64,000 bases of DNA. It comes from the human T2T-CHM13v2.0 reference genome, Homo sapiens. The position numbers were made by a program, and so were the translations under genes. Below the pieces are notes generated by a model that worked only from the letters and a program-made list of their open reading frames with translations, was not told where the DNA came from and ran no database searches. The stretch lies in NCBI RefSeq assembly GCF_009914755.1, contig NC_060933.1. One strand, 5' to 3'. Positions within the stretch are counted from its first letter, which is position 1. Every line of letters starts with the position of its first letter. Positions 41,783 through 60,250 of this stretch are shown piece after piece.

Positions 41783-43854
41783 TTTTTTTGGTGGCTATCC
41801 CCATTGCTCTATTTTAGAACCAATTTCCTGGTTTGAGGGGACCCAGCTGACTCTTACCACACACCTAATATCAAGCATCACACAGGGGAAATGTGGCTGC
41901 TTCCTTTAACCAATTCCAGACTGACAGTGTCCAACCTTATCATCCAGATCTGTCTTTACTGCACTGGGCAGTCTGTAATGGGAGATGAAGAGATAAGACA
42001 AACAGGTCCTGCTTTCAGCTCCTTTTTTTTTTTTTTTTTTTTTTAGCTTGCCTGATCTCACAGAACACATAGATTTGGCTCGGTGGAAATCTCTCATGAA
42101 CAATCTTTGCCTTTTCTCAGATTGCTATCTTCTGCCCTTTTCCTGGATTCTTTCTTCATGTTCCAATGGCACTGAGATGACTCAGTAAGCAACCAGTTAG
42201 AAAACTACAGGCAGACATGTTCAGTTTCATGGTTTCATGAACTGTTATCTTGAAGCTCTTCCAAATTTGGAAGGAGCAGATTAAGCGTATTGACCTCTAC
42301 ACCTGTAAGTTGAAAGACGAAAGGAAAAAGAAAAAATAGTTTTTGCCTTTATGAACTCATCTCTCCCAAAAATATCTATCCCCACTCTTCCTTATTCTAT
42401 TAGTGGAAAAGTATAGAACAAGGAATTTACCGTATTGGTTCTGTAGGAATGTCACCTCTCCCAAATCTAGAGGTGTTTAATCTAGCAGTTTGATCTTTTA
42501 CTTTAGAATATGAAATGCATAGAAACTTTTATTTTCAGCTATGAACTGTCTCCAGGGTCAACTTTATATAGGTCAAAAAGCCTGTAGAGTAGAAAAGGGT
42601 ACTAGTTCTTATTTCAAATCCAAGGGACAAAGAAGCTGCCATAGACATGTAGATAAGAGTTGTATAATTCCAAACTCTGGCAAGAAAAACTTTACTTAGC
42701 TGCTCTTGCATAGATATGCATCTAATAATGACGACGGCCCCATTCCTGTCTGGTTGTTTTAGATAACCTTATTTTCAGTGTTATTTTGAAGATATTTACA
42801 CTCATTGATATTAGTGACGTTAATATATGCATGTGTGTGTTTGTGTGTGTGTACGTGTGTGTGTGTAAACGCTTAAAGAAAACTTTTTACTTTATATTCA
42901 CTAAGAAGGATAGCTGCTGTGCGGCGTAAACTAACAATTTTTTTTCCCAGTTCCAACTGGAATTCAATTCCAAATAGAAGCAAAATATAGATCCATATGC
43001 AAATCATAGTAATAGCTGGAAAAAAAATGTTCATTCATTTTGTAGCAACCATTTTTTTTCCAGGTCTTATAAAGTAAATATTGCCCTTTGTGTTCTCACA
43101 CAACATCACTTTGGGAACTTACAGCAAGTCATCCCCTTGCATACAAACTGAAGGAAACTCTGAGGCCAGGGAAATAATCGATCTGATTTAAAACAAAAAC
43201 AAACAAAAACCCCAAGGTTTTGGACATGGATGCTAGGCTACATTTACCAGAGAGCTGTGATACCTTGTCATTATTACCTGAATACTAATCCAATCATGTT
43301 TCTTGCACCTCCTTTTCCCATGAACCAAAGGGAATTCACGCTCCAGGGTTTCCCCTAATTTTAATTATCTTTTTGCATTTCCTACAAAAGTAAAGCACTT
43401 GCAAGGAAAGAATCAGAACTTTCTGTGAATTAGAGCCAGGGAGAGCTGCCAGAGAACTGAAAAGAGATTGGAAAGGAATATGAAATACTATTGAAAGGGG
43501 GGTTAGCAAGAGATGGAAAGACAATGAATGAAAAAAAAAAAAAGAGGGAAAGAAACTTTACCCTACTTCCACCTCCCAAAAACACATAAACAAAATGTAA
43601 ATGCAGCCCATCATGAATTGTGATGCTCAAATCTACCCAGACTCTTTAGAATAATAACTTAGAGTTGCATATCACTTTACATTTTGAAAGCATTTTTATA
43701 TATTATGCCACTAGTTCTTCATAGCAGTCTACATAGGCAAATCAGAAACTCTATTATTTTTCCTGTTTTCAAGCTGGAGAAAGAAATGCCAATGCATAAT
43801 CAAGAAAAACTTATGTGTGTAAATGAAATTCTTTGTAATAAACCCAATTTGTTT

Positions 43855-44630
43855 CTCTTTTTAAACAGCTTTATTGAAGTATAATTGGTATACAATTAAA
43901 ACCACACATATTTAAAATATCTAATTCAGGAAGTGTTGCCATATGTATACATACGTTAAAACCAGCACAACAAGTAAAATAATGAATTTATTTATTACCC
44001 ACAAGAGGAGTTTCTTCACGTTTTTTGTAATCCCTTCCCAACCTCCATTGTATAGCTTCACCCCAGGCAGCTACTGATCTGCTTTCTGTCATTATAATTT
44101 ACATCTTCTAGGGTATTTTTTAATAAATGGAATCATACCATATGAACTTTCTCCTGTTCATTCAGAATAAATATTTTGAGATTTACCCACATCATGCTAT
44201 GTATCAATTATCCATTACTTTAATTGCTGAACAGTAGTCCACTGTGTGGGTACAATGGATATATCACAGTTTGTTTATTTACCTGTTGATGGACATTTGG
44301 ATTCTTTCCATCTCTCCTGTATAAGTTTTTATACGCATATATGTTTTTCTTTATCTTGAGTAAATATCTAGCAGTAGAATATCTGTGTCATATCTATGAT
44401 TAACCTTGAAAGAAACTGACAAACTGTTCCTCTTCAAAGTCATTGTACCACTTTATACACCAGCCAGCAGCATATGAGAGTTTCACTTGTTCTACATCAT
44501 CCCAGCATTTTGTACAGTCTTAAAATTTTACCTGTGCAACTAGGTATGTAGCACAATATTGTACTTTTTTTTTCTCTACTAATTAGTGATTTTAAGCATT
44601 TTTATATGCTCATTTGCCATTAGTATATGT
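43855..44630 (-). mobile_element. Old L1M (MC/MD/ME) 3' end
   Basis: aacagctttattgaagtataattg, ccccaggcagctactgatctgctttctg, cctgttgatggacatttgg, cagcagcatatgagagtttc. Confidence 0.75.
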
Positions 44631-44779
44631 GGGCCTGGAGTTTTCTGTGTAGAGTGGATTTAATTCAAGCTATCTATTTCTTATTGAATGAACTTTGGTA
44701 ATTTGTATATTTCAATGACTCAAATTAATGATTGGAGCTTTTTAAGAAACGAGGGTTAAAAAGCAAAATAAGTTCGAAA

Positions 44780-46950
44780 TAAGCATTACAAAGTAAATAA
44801 GAATAAAAATAGTAATCATTGAAATGATAAACAGAAAAATAATAGTGAAAATAAATAAAACTAAAAGCAGATTTAAAAAAAAGATCTCCACTTTTTGACA
44901 TTTGAAATGTCTCTACTTACAATGATCAGAAAAGTAAAGATGAGACCTAAATGAACACTGTTAATGAACCTATGAAGATTTAAAAAATAAAATATTATAA
45001 AAATTTTATACCAGTCATTCTGATAAATTCAATGAAATGGAAAATTTCTTTAAGACACAATATACTGAAGCTTGATCATGAAGAAACTTATGATATCTGT
45101 AACATTATATCTGCCTAAAAATTATATTCACAGTTAAGATTCTCCCATGAAGCAAACTCCAGATCTAGACAGCCTCACTGGCCAGTCTGACCAAAAAGAT
45201 AAGAAAAAATAATACTAATGATAAATACAATGTTCTCTATAAGAATGTTCTCAAAAGTTTCATTCATAGTAGACCCAAATCCAAATGTTTATCAGTTTGT
45301 GAACAGATAAGCAAATTGTGGCAAATCCTTGCAATGGAATATGACTCAGCAATAAAAAAGAAAGGACTTTTGATACACATAATGACATAGATGACAATCT
45401 CAAGCATTGTTTTAAGCTAATAAAGCTAGGCACAAAGTGTCCACACTGAATAACTACATTTATATTAAATTCTAGAAATGGTAAAATTATACTCACTTAA
45501 GATCAGTGGAAATGGTAAAATTATACTCACTGAAGATCAGTGGTTACTGGGGCTAGGAGTGGGGAAAAGAGATTACTTATAAAGGGGTATGTGGAGATTT
45601 TTTGTGGCAAAGGAAGTTTTCTGTATGACTGTAGAAACGGTCACAGGACTGTATACATTTGTTAAAATTCGTCTAATTTTACATTTAAAATATTATTTAA
45701 AATAATCATAAATACTATGCAGAAACATAAAGTGCATTTTAAAAGATAGAAATTTGAAAGAAACAATGGTTTAGTTACTACTTGCTATGGTGACAGAAAT
45801 AAAAATAATTTATACAATAAAAGTGAAGCACTTTAAAAAATATAACTAATACAATCATGTGTAATCCTCAGAATTCAAAAAGAGAAATTCTTATACCACA
45901 GATCAGATCTTGTGAAGACATAATTGATGAACTAGAAGACTGATCTAGAAAAATGACTCAGAATCCAATTTAGAGATTTAAAAAGTTGATAGTTTTTTAA
46001 AATATGGAAAAGATACAATGCTGCATATATGTGAAGAGTAACAAAAGAGAGAATGAGGAAAAGAAAAATATTTAAAGACAAACTAGTCATGGATTTTTTA
46101 GTACAATGCACAAAAATATTTTAATATCACACAAAAAATCAGATTGATTCTCAAGCAGGATAAGTGAAAATAAATTAACAACTGTGCACATGATAGACAA
46201 ACTGCAGAGCACCAGATTCAAAGATAAATCAAAAGTAAAATGAGAGAACAGACTTATTAAATGCATCACACTGCTTCTCAGCAATAACTGACAGAATTAA
46301 ATGGAAAAATAACTTTAAACTGAGGAAGTAATGTCCTTGTTGACTTAAAATTTTAAAGCCATAGTAAAGCATTTTGAAAATCTGGGTGTTGCTATCATGT
46401 AAAATCCATGAGACATGAATAGTAACTTTTAGGCATTTGAATCCAAGTGTACATTAAATAATTTAATCCCATTAACAAAACAGAATTACAACTAAACCAA
46501 TAAAAGGAGCAAAATAAGATAAACAAACCTTAGTCAATCCAGGAGAAGTAGGAATGGAGAATAAAGTATCCAAGAAAAAATATTAAAGTGGAAAATATAT
46601 TAGAAATAAGTTAAAATATATCAGTAATTACAAAAAGTATAGAAGACTAAATAAATGCAATAAAGATTCTCCAACTGCATAATAATACAAGAATCCAGAG
46701 ATATACATCTTTAAAAGATGCCTCTAGAGTATAAGGACAGTAAATGGTTGAAAGAAAATAGATGAAACACACCTACAAGCATGATCTAATCAAAGAATGC
46801 TAGTGCAGCAATATCACTGTTAGGTAAAGTATACTTTTTATGTCAAAGGACATTATTATGTTAATAAGTATAATGTCAGAGTGACAAAGCCAATTCAGCT
46901 GGATAATGCCTAACACATAACTTAATGCATTTAGCAACAAAGCTTCATAT
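44780..46950 (+). mobile_element. Diverged L1ME fragments
   Basis: aatggaatatgactcagcaataaaaaag, tatattaaattctagaaatggtaaaatt, plus ORF1/ORF2-like A-rich remnants; boundaries approximate. Confidence 0.55.
45475..45542 (+). repeat. 34-bp tandem duplication
   Basis: gaaatggtaaaattatactcact(t/g)aagatcagtg x2, 1 mismatch. Confidence 0.95.
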
Positions 46951-47704
46951 TAAATAAAGCAGAGGAGAAGGAGGCAGGTGAGAAAAGCTACAATTAGAAG
47001 AAACAAGCACTTGTGCTTGGCCCAGGATTCAGCTTAAAGCACCCTTGGGTGGAGATAAGGATTGTTGGTGAATAAAGGTTTTGGCGCTTTAGCCCAAGAA
47101 GTCTAAGGCTGGGTGTCTGATATTCAGAAAAGTGCCACCAGCACTTGAGATGTGGAGGATCTGAGGTTCAATGGAAACAAGAGTTAGGTTTCATATTTTT
47201 CCACTTAACTGTTTGTTAGGCAACCTGAGGCTCTGGGGTCATGAGTCCTGTCACTGCACAGATGGTAATATACAGTGAACTATTAGCTTTAAAAATAAAT
47301 TAATTATATCTACATATAACATATAAATATTGAAATTATAACATTAAGGGAGCAAAGCAAGTGGCAACATGACATAAACAATATAACTAATTTATGTGCA
47401 TTTTGGAAATCCACAAAACAATAATGTATAGTATTTTTGAGATTTTATATGTTATAAAGTATTTTCTAAATGTTCTCCGGTTACATATATACATGTATGT
47501 ATGTTTATGTGGGGTGGGGGGTGTTAAGGGGATATTCTTCTGGATAATAATGGCCCCTGAGAAAGCCAGGAATTGAATACAGGGGTTAGACTCAATACTT
47601 TATTTCTTAAAAGAGATCTGATGTAAATATCATAAAATGATACAATTAATAAATTCTGCCTGCTGGGTAAATAGGCATCTGATTTGTTTCACTGTACATT
47701 TTTC

Positions 47705-47823
47705 TGTGTGTGTATATATGTACATATATGTACATATATACATATATACACATATACATATATACATATATAAACACAGAATACATATATATGTATGTGT
47801 GTGTATACACGCATACACATACA
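47705..47823 (+). repeat. (TA/CA/TG)n low-complexity tract
   Basis: Alternating purine-pyrimidine run (tatatgtacatatatacat...). Confidence 0.85.
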
Positions 47824-48409
47824 TTAACAGTTTTAAGTAAAAGAAAAATAAGGACTATAAAAATGATGAACACATATAATTCCATTTTGTAAAGTTTAAA
47901 CTATTTTTTGACCTTGTTTAATAAAAACAAGAAAGTACTTAGATGTTTGAAGTGTTCAATTCTTATCACTGACGTTCCCCTTGAAATGGGATTACAAATA
48001 GAAATATGTTGTTGAAACTTAAAGACAAAAATAAAAATAGCTGTGCACATAATCTCAAATGTGACCAGAGATTCCAGTGATTATCAATGATGTATTGCCA
48101 AATGCTCAGAAATTTTTGATTTTGTTCTTACATTAACCAAAACCATTTTTGAACATTTCATCTATTTGTTATTTAATGTTGTACCGATTTCAACTGATTT
48201 ATTGCTCCAGTTTATACAAGGAAAGATTAGAAGTTATAAAAGGCATTTAATCAATACCAAACTATTTTGTCTGAGATTCTAAACATTACAATTTGGAGTA
48301 GGTTTTGGTGATGTATTCATTGGGACAGGATTCTCAAAGTGCTGCTCAAAAAACTAACAGTCTAATTTTCTTAACGGACAAATGCAAAGACTTAGTATCA
48401 GAAAAATAT

Positions 48410-48630
48410 TTTTTCCACTTTAACTTTTATTTTAAGTCCTGGGGTACATGTGCAGGATTGTTACATGGATATATTGCATAATGCTGAGGTTTCAGCTTCT
48501 ATTGATCCCATCACCCAGATAGTGAGCATAGTATACTACTAGAAAAACTACCAATAGGTAGTTTTCCAACCCTTGTCCCCCTCCCTCCCTGGCTCCAGTA
48601 GTTTCCAGTGTCTATTGTTCTCATCTTTAC
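48410..48630 (-). mobile_element. L1PB/L1MA 3'-end fragment
   Basis: aacttttattttaagtcctggggtacatgtgcagg...cccatcacccagatagtgagcatagta. Confidence 0.8.
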
Positions 48631-50122
48631 GAGAAAAAAAATTTCGAGGCTTGAAATTAGTATAGTTTGAAGTACATGAAAGTAGTTTTGAAGGTGTGTT
48701 TATCTAAAAGGGTAAATTTACAAAAGGAACCAGCAGTCTCATAGTCTCTATGGATGGGGACTTACCTAGATTTTAAGGACCCATCTTCACCCTACTACAT
48801 GGACAGGGGCCAGTCTTCTCCCAGAATCTGTGGGACAGGGCCCAGATTGGTCATGGTGCTTACCTGCCTAAAGACATGGGAAATTGAATTTCAGGGTGCA
48901 GGAATAAATATTAAAATAAAACTTCTTCCTATGGAAATAGAGTAGACTATTTTTCTGTGTTGATTAAGTGTTCGAAATTGAAGGATATGAAGAAACAGTA
49001 TGTGGTGGGAGTGGTGGTGGTAATAGTGATGGTGTTTTGGGGAATCATGGCAGGGGGAGAAGTGCAAAGAGCCTTCTTGCTGTATTTGAAAAAAATGTAA
49101 TCTTTGTTGTAACTCTATGCAGCACAGCAGGCATTCTAAGTAACTGGAATTAAAATTATAGACATAGATGCAATGTATATACTACATATTATATATACTA
49201 TGGCACTCTATGGAGTGCCAGCCATGGAGATTACTTCACACTGTGGTTAGTTGAAGGGATCATGTACTGCTCAAGTGAAAAGGGAAGGATCATTAGTTTT
49301 TGAAGTGGATTCTAATGCAGACTTTCTAATGATTTATTACAAATCTGAAAGAATCAAGTATGAAAGACATTGAAAACAATTTTTTTGATTGTCTCAATGG
49401 TTATAAAAGACACTCATTGATGAGTGTGTGTGATGGGCCACCAACACCAAGATCTGTTATACGTTTTTAGAATATTATTCTAAAAATAGGGTTTTTTTGG
49501 TGTAACTAAGTGTCTGCAACTTACATCATTTTGGTAGGAGTTGAGATAGGCTATTCATCTTCCAATGCCTATTTATAAGCTTAAAAATTCACTTACCTGT
49601 TTCTATTCCCATTTTATTTGTGAGTATGTTTTTAAATGCTGGCTTTTAAATGCACAAATTTTTTTTCTAAGCTCTTATTTGTACATCTCCTCATCCTTAA
49701 ATACTTTAAAATAAATCTTGACTATCTCTATGTCTTCCTAGATAGGAAAGAAGCAGCCTGGGGTGAAAGAGCATTTAAGATAAATGTGGTTGATGTATGA
49801 AAACAGGACACTTGTCTGCAGACATAAGCAAAGCAAAATTACTCAGTAGCATGATTGATTAAACAGCCTGCCCACCTATGCCCCAAAAGCTAGAGTTTAA
49901 ACCCAGACACTGCCTCAAGATTTGGGATTCTAAATACCCAAGTGTACCACAAGATCAATCCTTTCACCTATATCTTAAGAGACTGCTGTTAATATTCCAA
50001 GTATAGGCAGATAATCTGACATGGGCATTTCTTCCAATCTGCGGTTTTGTCTAAGAGAGTAGTTTTCTTCTGGAAAGCACTATGTCAGCAAAAAGTATGA
50101 TACTTCACAAAACCTGCATTTT

Positions 50123-50437
<315 letters not shown>

Positions 50438-52673
50438 TGAGTGAATAAATTCTTAAAAACAAAATAGCAAATGTAATATGTTTTTTCATCCCCAGGATAA
50501 ATTGAGCACAAGTGCTTCGTATTTGGGTGGAATTTTCTAATGAGGATGGGGGAAAAGCTGAAGTTAAAGATGCCTGTTTCAGCATTTCCTAGAGAAAGTA
50601 AGAATTTTCACGTGTAATTTTTTTCAGAATGTGTCTTGAATTAATTTGACATTAATTATTCACTTGATAGTCCAAATTACAACTTTTCTTTGCATGAAAA
50701 CCAGGTGTGTTCCAAATACCCTAGGCATCTGCTATTTTTTGCACACAAGTCAAAGGGGGAATAGCACTGTGAAATAAGAGCATTGCAAAAGAATGCCTCT
50801 AGTTTTCACATTCAATGGCATAAAAAAGGCACCAAATAAAAAGATCCTTTTTCCCTCTTGTTTTTTATAATGAAATATGTACTTTTGGTGCTGAAGCAAG
50901 TCATACTATATTTAACGGGAATGTACATGATGTCAACTTAAAACGTCAAAAAAAAATTATATTTTAATTTTAGTCACCCACAAATCCAAACTATGTCAAA
51001 TTTAACATCGTGTTTTATGCCATGGGCTATTAAAAATGACTTGTTCATAATCATGTTATCTTAAAGAAGATTACTGTTGGTTTGGCAAGAATTGCATGTT
51101 TATAATCATATCCAGATTCAGTCCTTGAGGTAAGCTGTGCTTGATTAATGAGTGAAGTGATCCAAAATACAGTTTTGTAGAAGGTTTTATGTTTCTAAAG
51201 CTCCAAGTTGAAGGACAAACTTTACAGGGGAGGAGCCTCCTTGGGGGAAAAGGATGGAGCAACAGAGAGCTGCCTGGGGCAGTCTTCGCAAGAAAGATTG
51301 CATGCATTTTTCTGGCTGTGTTTACCTAAACAAATAGAGATAAAATATTTGGTATGGTATGATTGCTGAGCTAATTCCACAAACTAAAGTGAGCTCAACA
51401 CTATCCACAGCAGGCTTTTCTTATTCCCAAATATTGTAATTAGGTTCTTCTACATTTTCTTTCAGATCAACTTTTCAAGAAAGAAAATAAAAATGCATAT
51501 TAATTTATTAACAGGTCATATGATTCCATTCCAGGCAGAGAATAGGCAAAATGATTGATTCTTCATTCTAAGTTGATAAAAGGCCTATTTGCCTGGGAAA
51601 AAAAATAAGCATCTTATATTGTCCTAGGATCTGCTTAAAATACCTGGTAGATGGCCCAATTTTTAGATTTCCATAGCGGATTAGGTTTCAACATAGATAT
51701 ATTTCTTGACAATAGTCTTACAATGCATTTTCCTCACATTTTGTCCATTCTGTGGAGCAGGGAAAGATTGAATGTGTCTAAATACTTTTGGAGAAAAATA
51801 ATTAAACTCAGTAATGCTTTGTTACTTAAAATGTATCACAAAGCTAGATCAGTTAATGTAAAAAAATAAATACAGATTTCAAATATAGAGAGCAGTTATT
51901 TTAAAATGCTCTTTACGGGAAACTATAGGAATCCCCAGTTCTCTCAATACTCTGCTCTCAATCAACTCTAAAGATAATTCTCGTTAAGGAATGCTATTTT
52001 TTTAAGTTCTTTTTTGTCAGACATTTGATAGTGATGGAAAAAGTAAAGTCATAAATAACATTTTAGTTAAATGATTTACCAAGTAATATTTCACACCCTA
52101 TATATAATTTACCCCAATTTTAAAATTTGAATTAGGCATCAACCAATTTGTTAACTAACATTGTATTTCTCCATTACCAATGAGAACATAGAAAAACTAA
52201 GATATTTAGCAAAATAAATATTTCAGGTTTTTAAGTGTGCACGATAGAAATAAGTGAAGGTAGAAATATTTTTCCACTCAACAGAATAATCTGATTGAAT
52301 TGGGAAGCTACTCATATTTGTTACAATTTTAACATAATTTCCAAATTAATATAGTAATATAACCAACTACAATATGTCAGATGCAGCTCTACTCACTAAA
52401 TATAATTCTGAGGTAAACACAATGCCCAGATGCTCAAACATTTTAGTAAAAAATATTAATCAATTATTAAAATAAATGTAAAATTATTGAAGTACTGTTA
52501 ATAATAGTCCATCTTAGCTCACTAATAAGTTTATGTCAATACTAAACATTTGAGTAGCTTTTTGAAAAAGATATATTCTGTTACAATATTTCACTATATT
52601 TTGGTCTAGCCTCTTATTTCCAAGTATTCAGCTCTTAAATTCTTAATTTTTATATAAATGTCTACTGCCTCAG

Positions 52674-56547
<3,874 letters not shown>

Positions 56548-59059
56548 CTCAGTTTATACTAACAAGCTATGCTCTAAAGGGAAACTGATATTGGAGAGGT
56601 AGTCATATACCTAATTGATGCTTCACAATTTTGCATATGTAAAAACAGATATAAACTTTCTAGATATTTTATAAAAAACATCAGACTTAACAGATAATCA
56701 AAATACTACATTAATTCATTTATATAAGGGGACATACACTATAGATATTAACATATATTCTAAATGTACAATATCTTGAATCACCAAATTGATGCCAGAG
56801 TGAGAAACAGTATAATCTGATTTTCTTTTTTGATTTCCAGCATTAGACTCAAAGTGTTAAGAAAGTAATATAGATCATAAGGGTTGGATTGCAAAGAGTA
56901 GATGACAGTGTTGCTAATTTTTATAAAGTATTTTGGCTTTTGCCCATTTTATTTTACTATTACATCTCTAGCTCATTGGGTATAATTGTGATCCTTTGCA
57001 AATCTAAATTATTAACTAAGAGAATAGGTATGAGACAGTCAAAAGGAATATAGTGAGACAAATAACTGTAGAAAGGTATTTCATTTCAGATAAAAAATGA
57101 AATCATGTGTCTCAGTGACATTTAATTAATAGAAGACATCAAAATTCTGTCTTGGTAATTTTCCATTATATATGATTATCAACATAATTCATTACAAATA
57201 TACTTTTTTCTTTCTGCTTTTCCTTCCACACAAAGCTTTTATATATCAGCTATTTTATTATAATCAGTGAATTCACCATAAAATAGAAAAATATTCTTAT
57301 TTCAAAACTGAGGTTCAACAAGGTAAAGTGAGTTTATTCATGTTATTAGAAAAGTTGAGGTAAAATACGTATGTCTTACCCTTCATTTCAATCTTCTTCC
57401 TAATTAAGGTAATTACTTACTTCCTAAGTAAGGTAGTAACACGTTACTACCTAATATTTCTTAGCCATCTTTCGAACTCCACCTCATCTGCCTTTTAAGA
57501 TTTAATGTAAGGGTCCACTTCTTTGGGAAGACTTTTCTGACCCTCTACCATGATCATCCTCAGGCTTGCTTTCTCCTTCCTCTGTTCTCTGCTAGCACTT
57601 GTAACAAATCTCTGTAATCCTATTTACTCCATTGTACCATGTGGTCCCCAAAAAGTAGGATATGAACTACTTGGGAGAAGACGTCATGTCTTACTTATTT
57701 GACATAGTTCCCCCAACTCTCAGCAGCCTTAAATTCACATGGTCTAAAAGACACTGAACAAATATTAAAGGAATTAAATTGATGTTATTTTAATTTTTAA
57801 GAATATTTTGATAGTTAAAACAGGAACCACAGTGGAAAGAAGACTGGGTGCAATGCCTGCACACTTTTCCTCACATGTAAAACAAGCAAGGTATTGATCA
57901 CCATCACTTTTAAATCTTGCTTATGAGAATAAATAATTCTAGGAATTTCTTCCTCAGAACCATGGTATACCCAAAAGTGATTTTTCAATGCCAGAAATGC
58001 TAATTTACCAAGGCTATATCATCAATTGTTGAAGCACTTCTGTTAGGAGTGATGTCACTGCATGGCAAGTTGGCAATTATTTGAGGAGTTATTTCAATAA
58101 CTGCACAGCTCTTTGTCTGATTAATGAAACTGCCAAGGGATTAATAACTCCAGTTACAGAAATGTATCATTGGAGATTTGCTGAATGGTGTGTCGTAAAT
58201 TCCAGACACCTGAGAAATTACGACAGAATTTGATTAGAATGGCTACTTTCATCTCCCGTTTTTCACTAAATTCACTCCTCATTATCTACTGCTAGCACTG
58301 CCTGTTCTAAGAAAGAAGAAGGTAACTTAGTAACAAAATACTCTGCTTGCTAAAGCTATTATTTCTTTCATTGTCTGCACTATCTAAATTTTCTTGTGGA
58401 CAATATTTAAACATGCCAGAGCAGATTCAGGAGAAATAATATCAGAGGAGAAAGTTTCTGTGGAGTCTATAATGTTTCTTTTGATGAGGGTCAGATCCAA
58501 AAATATTGAGAAACAAAGCAATAACACTCAGCAAAATATAAGTTATGGGCCAAATATTTTATGCATTGTTAGGAGGAAGCTTCAGGCAGAATGTAAATAG
58601 ATACATGGAGCAGGAATTATTGTCCCATAACTCAAAGCTCAAGATATCCAGATATGATTACAAAAGTACAAACATCTTTGTTGCTTCTCTTAAGGAAGAA
58701 TATGTTACATTTTAAGATGAGTGTTAAAAAGCACTACTTATTGTCTTCAAATATTTTCATTAATAAAATGAAATAAATGATTGAAAACAAACACAAATTA
58801 ACAAGTCTTAAATTACATATATACTATATTACATATACATTTATTAGTATAAACTAGTATTTATCTCAAGAGATTATCAATTTGAAATAAGCTTGTCTCC
58901 TAAAATGTGAAAATTTATTTTGGGAAAAATAAAAGATTGTTGAGGCTCTTAATTACCAATAAATTGTTCGTGGAAAAAAATGCAATATTAGGAATCCAAA
59001 GATAACCAGGCTTTACAATGTGGTCTCCTTGATACTAACCAAATAAAAACAAACCCCTC

Positions 59060-59690
59060 TCATATTTGTACTTCCACATTTACTGCAGCCCTAGTCACAA
59101 TAGCTGAAACTTGGAATCAACATAAGTGCCCATCAATAGATGATTAGATTAAATATGTGGTATACATACACAATAGAATATTGTAAAGCTATAGAAACAT
59201 GTGATACACATACACAATCTAATACTGTGAAGCTATAAATGAAATCCTGTAATTTGCAGCAACGTGGATGGAACAGAAGGTGATTATGCTAAGTGAAATA
59301 AGCCAGGCACAGAAAGACAAATAGTGCACATTCTCACTCATATGTAGAAGCTTGAAAAAGTGGATTTTATGAGGATAGAGAATAGACTTGTTGTTACCAG
59401 AGGCCAGGAAGTGTAGGAGGGAGCAATAAAAGAATTACTGGGTACAAAAATACACTTAGATAAAAGAAATAAGACCTAGTGTTCAATATAGTAAATAACA
59501 GCCTCTTGTATATTTGGAAAAAAGGCCAGAAGAGAATAATTTGAATCTTCCCAGTCTAAAAAAAAACATAAATTTTATGGTGACCAGTATTTTAATTACC
59601 CTAATTTTATCATTATACCTTATATGAATGTATCAATATATCACATGTACCCCCAAAATATGTACATCTATTATGCATCAATTTTTAAAA
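59060..59690 (+). mobile_element. L1MA 3' end
   Basis: cacaatagctgaaacttggaatcaac, aagtgaaataagccaggcacagaaagacaaa, tcacatgtacccccaaaatatgtacatctattatg. Confidence 0.8.
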
Positions 59691-60029
59691 ATTCTCTCAA
59701 AAACTGAGTCAGTACAAAGAAATAAACATAGAATGAATATCAGTTTATAACAATAGAAGCAGATTATTCAAAGACTCTAAACTGTTTCTTCATATTTAAA
59801 TTAGACAACAATAGAAGTAGGTCTCAGAGACAAATTGATTTTCCTTCTTTCAACTTATACCTTATATCATGTCTCTAAGAATTATGACCTAAGCCAGCAT
59901 GCACATTTCAGTGAGTATCAGAGAAAGCCCTGACCAATACAGTAGGGAAATATACCAGGAGAGAGATGGCCCATTCACAATAATGAGCACCAGCCCAAGA
60001 CTTCCACCAAACCTCCTGCAGTAATAGCC

Positions 60030-60250
60030 AAAACAGTGTTTATCTTATGCCTGGCACTCTTCTACCCACTTTACATGTATCAGTCCGTCTGTTCTCACAA
60101 CAGTCCAACAGTCCTATGAGTCCAAGACTAATAGTATCCCATTTTACAGCTGAGGAAACTGAGCAACAGATTGAACAGTTAATACATGATGGAGCAGGGA
60201 CTTATAGTCTGGCAATCTGGCTTCAGAGTCTGTACTCTTTCCTTCTCTGG
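60030..60250 (-). mobile_element. MIR
   Basis: tatgcctggcactc...tcccattttacagctgaggaaactgag...ggcaatctggcttcagagtctgtactctt. Confidence 0.75.
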
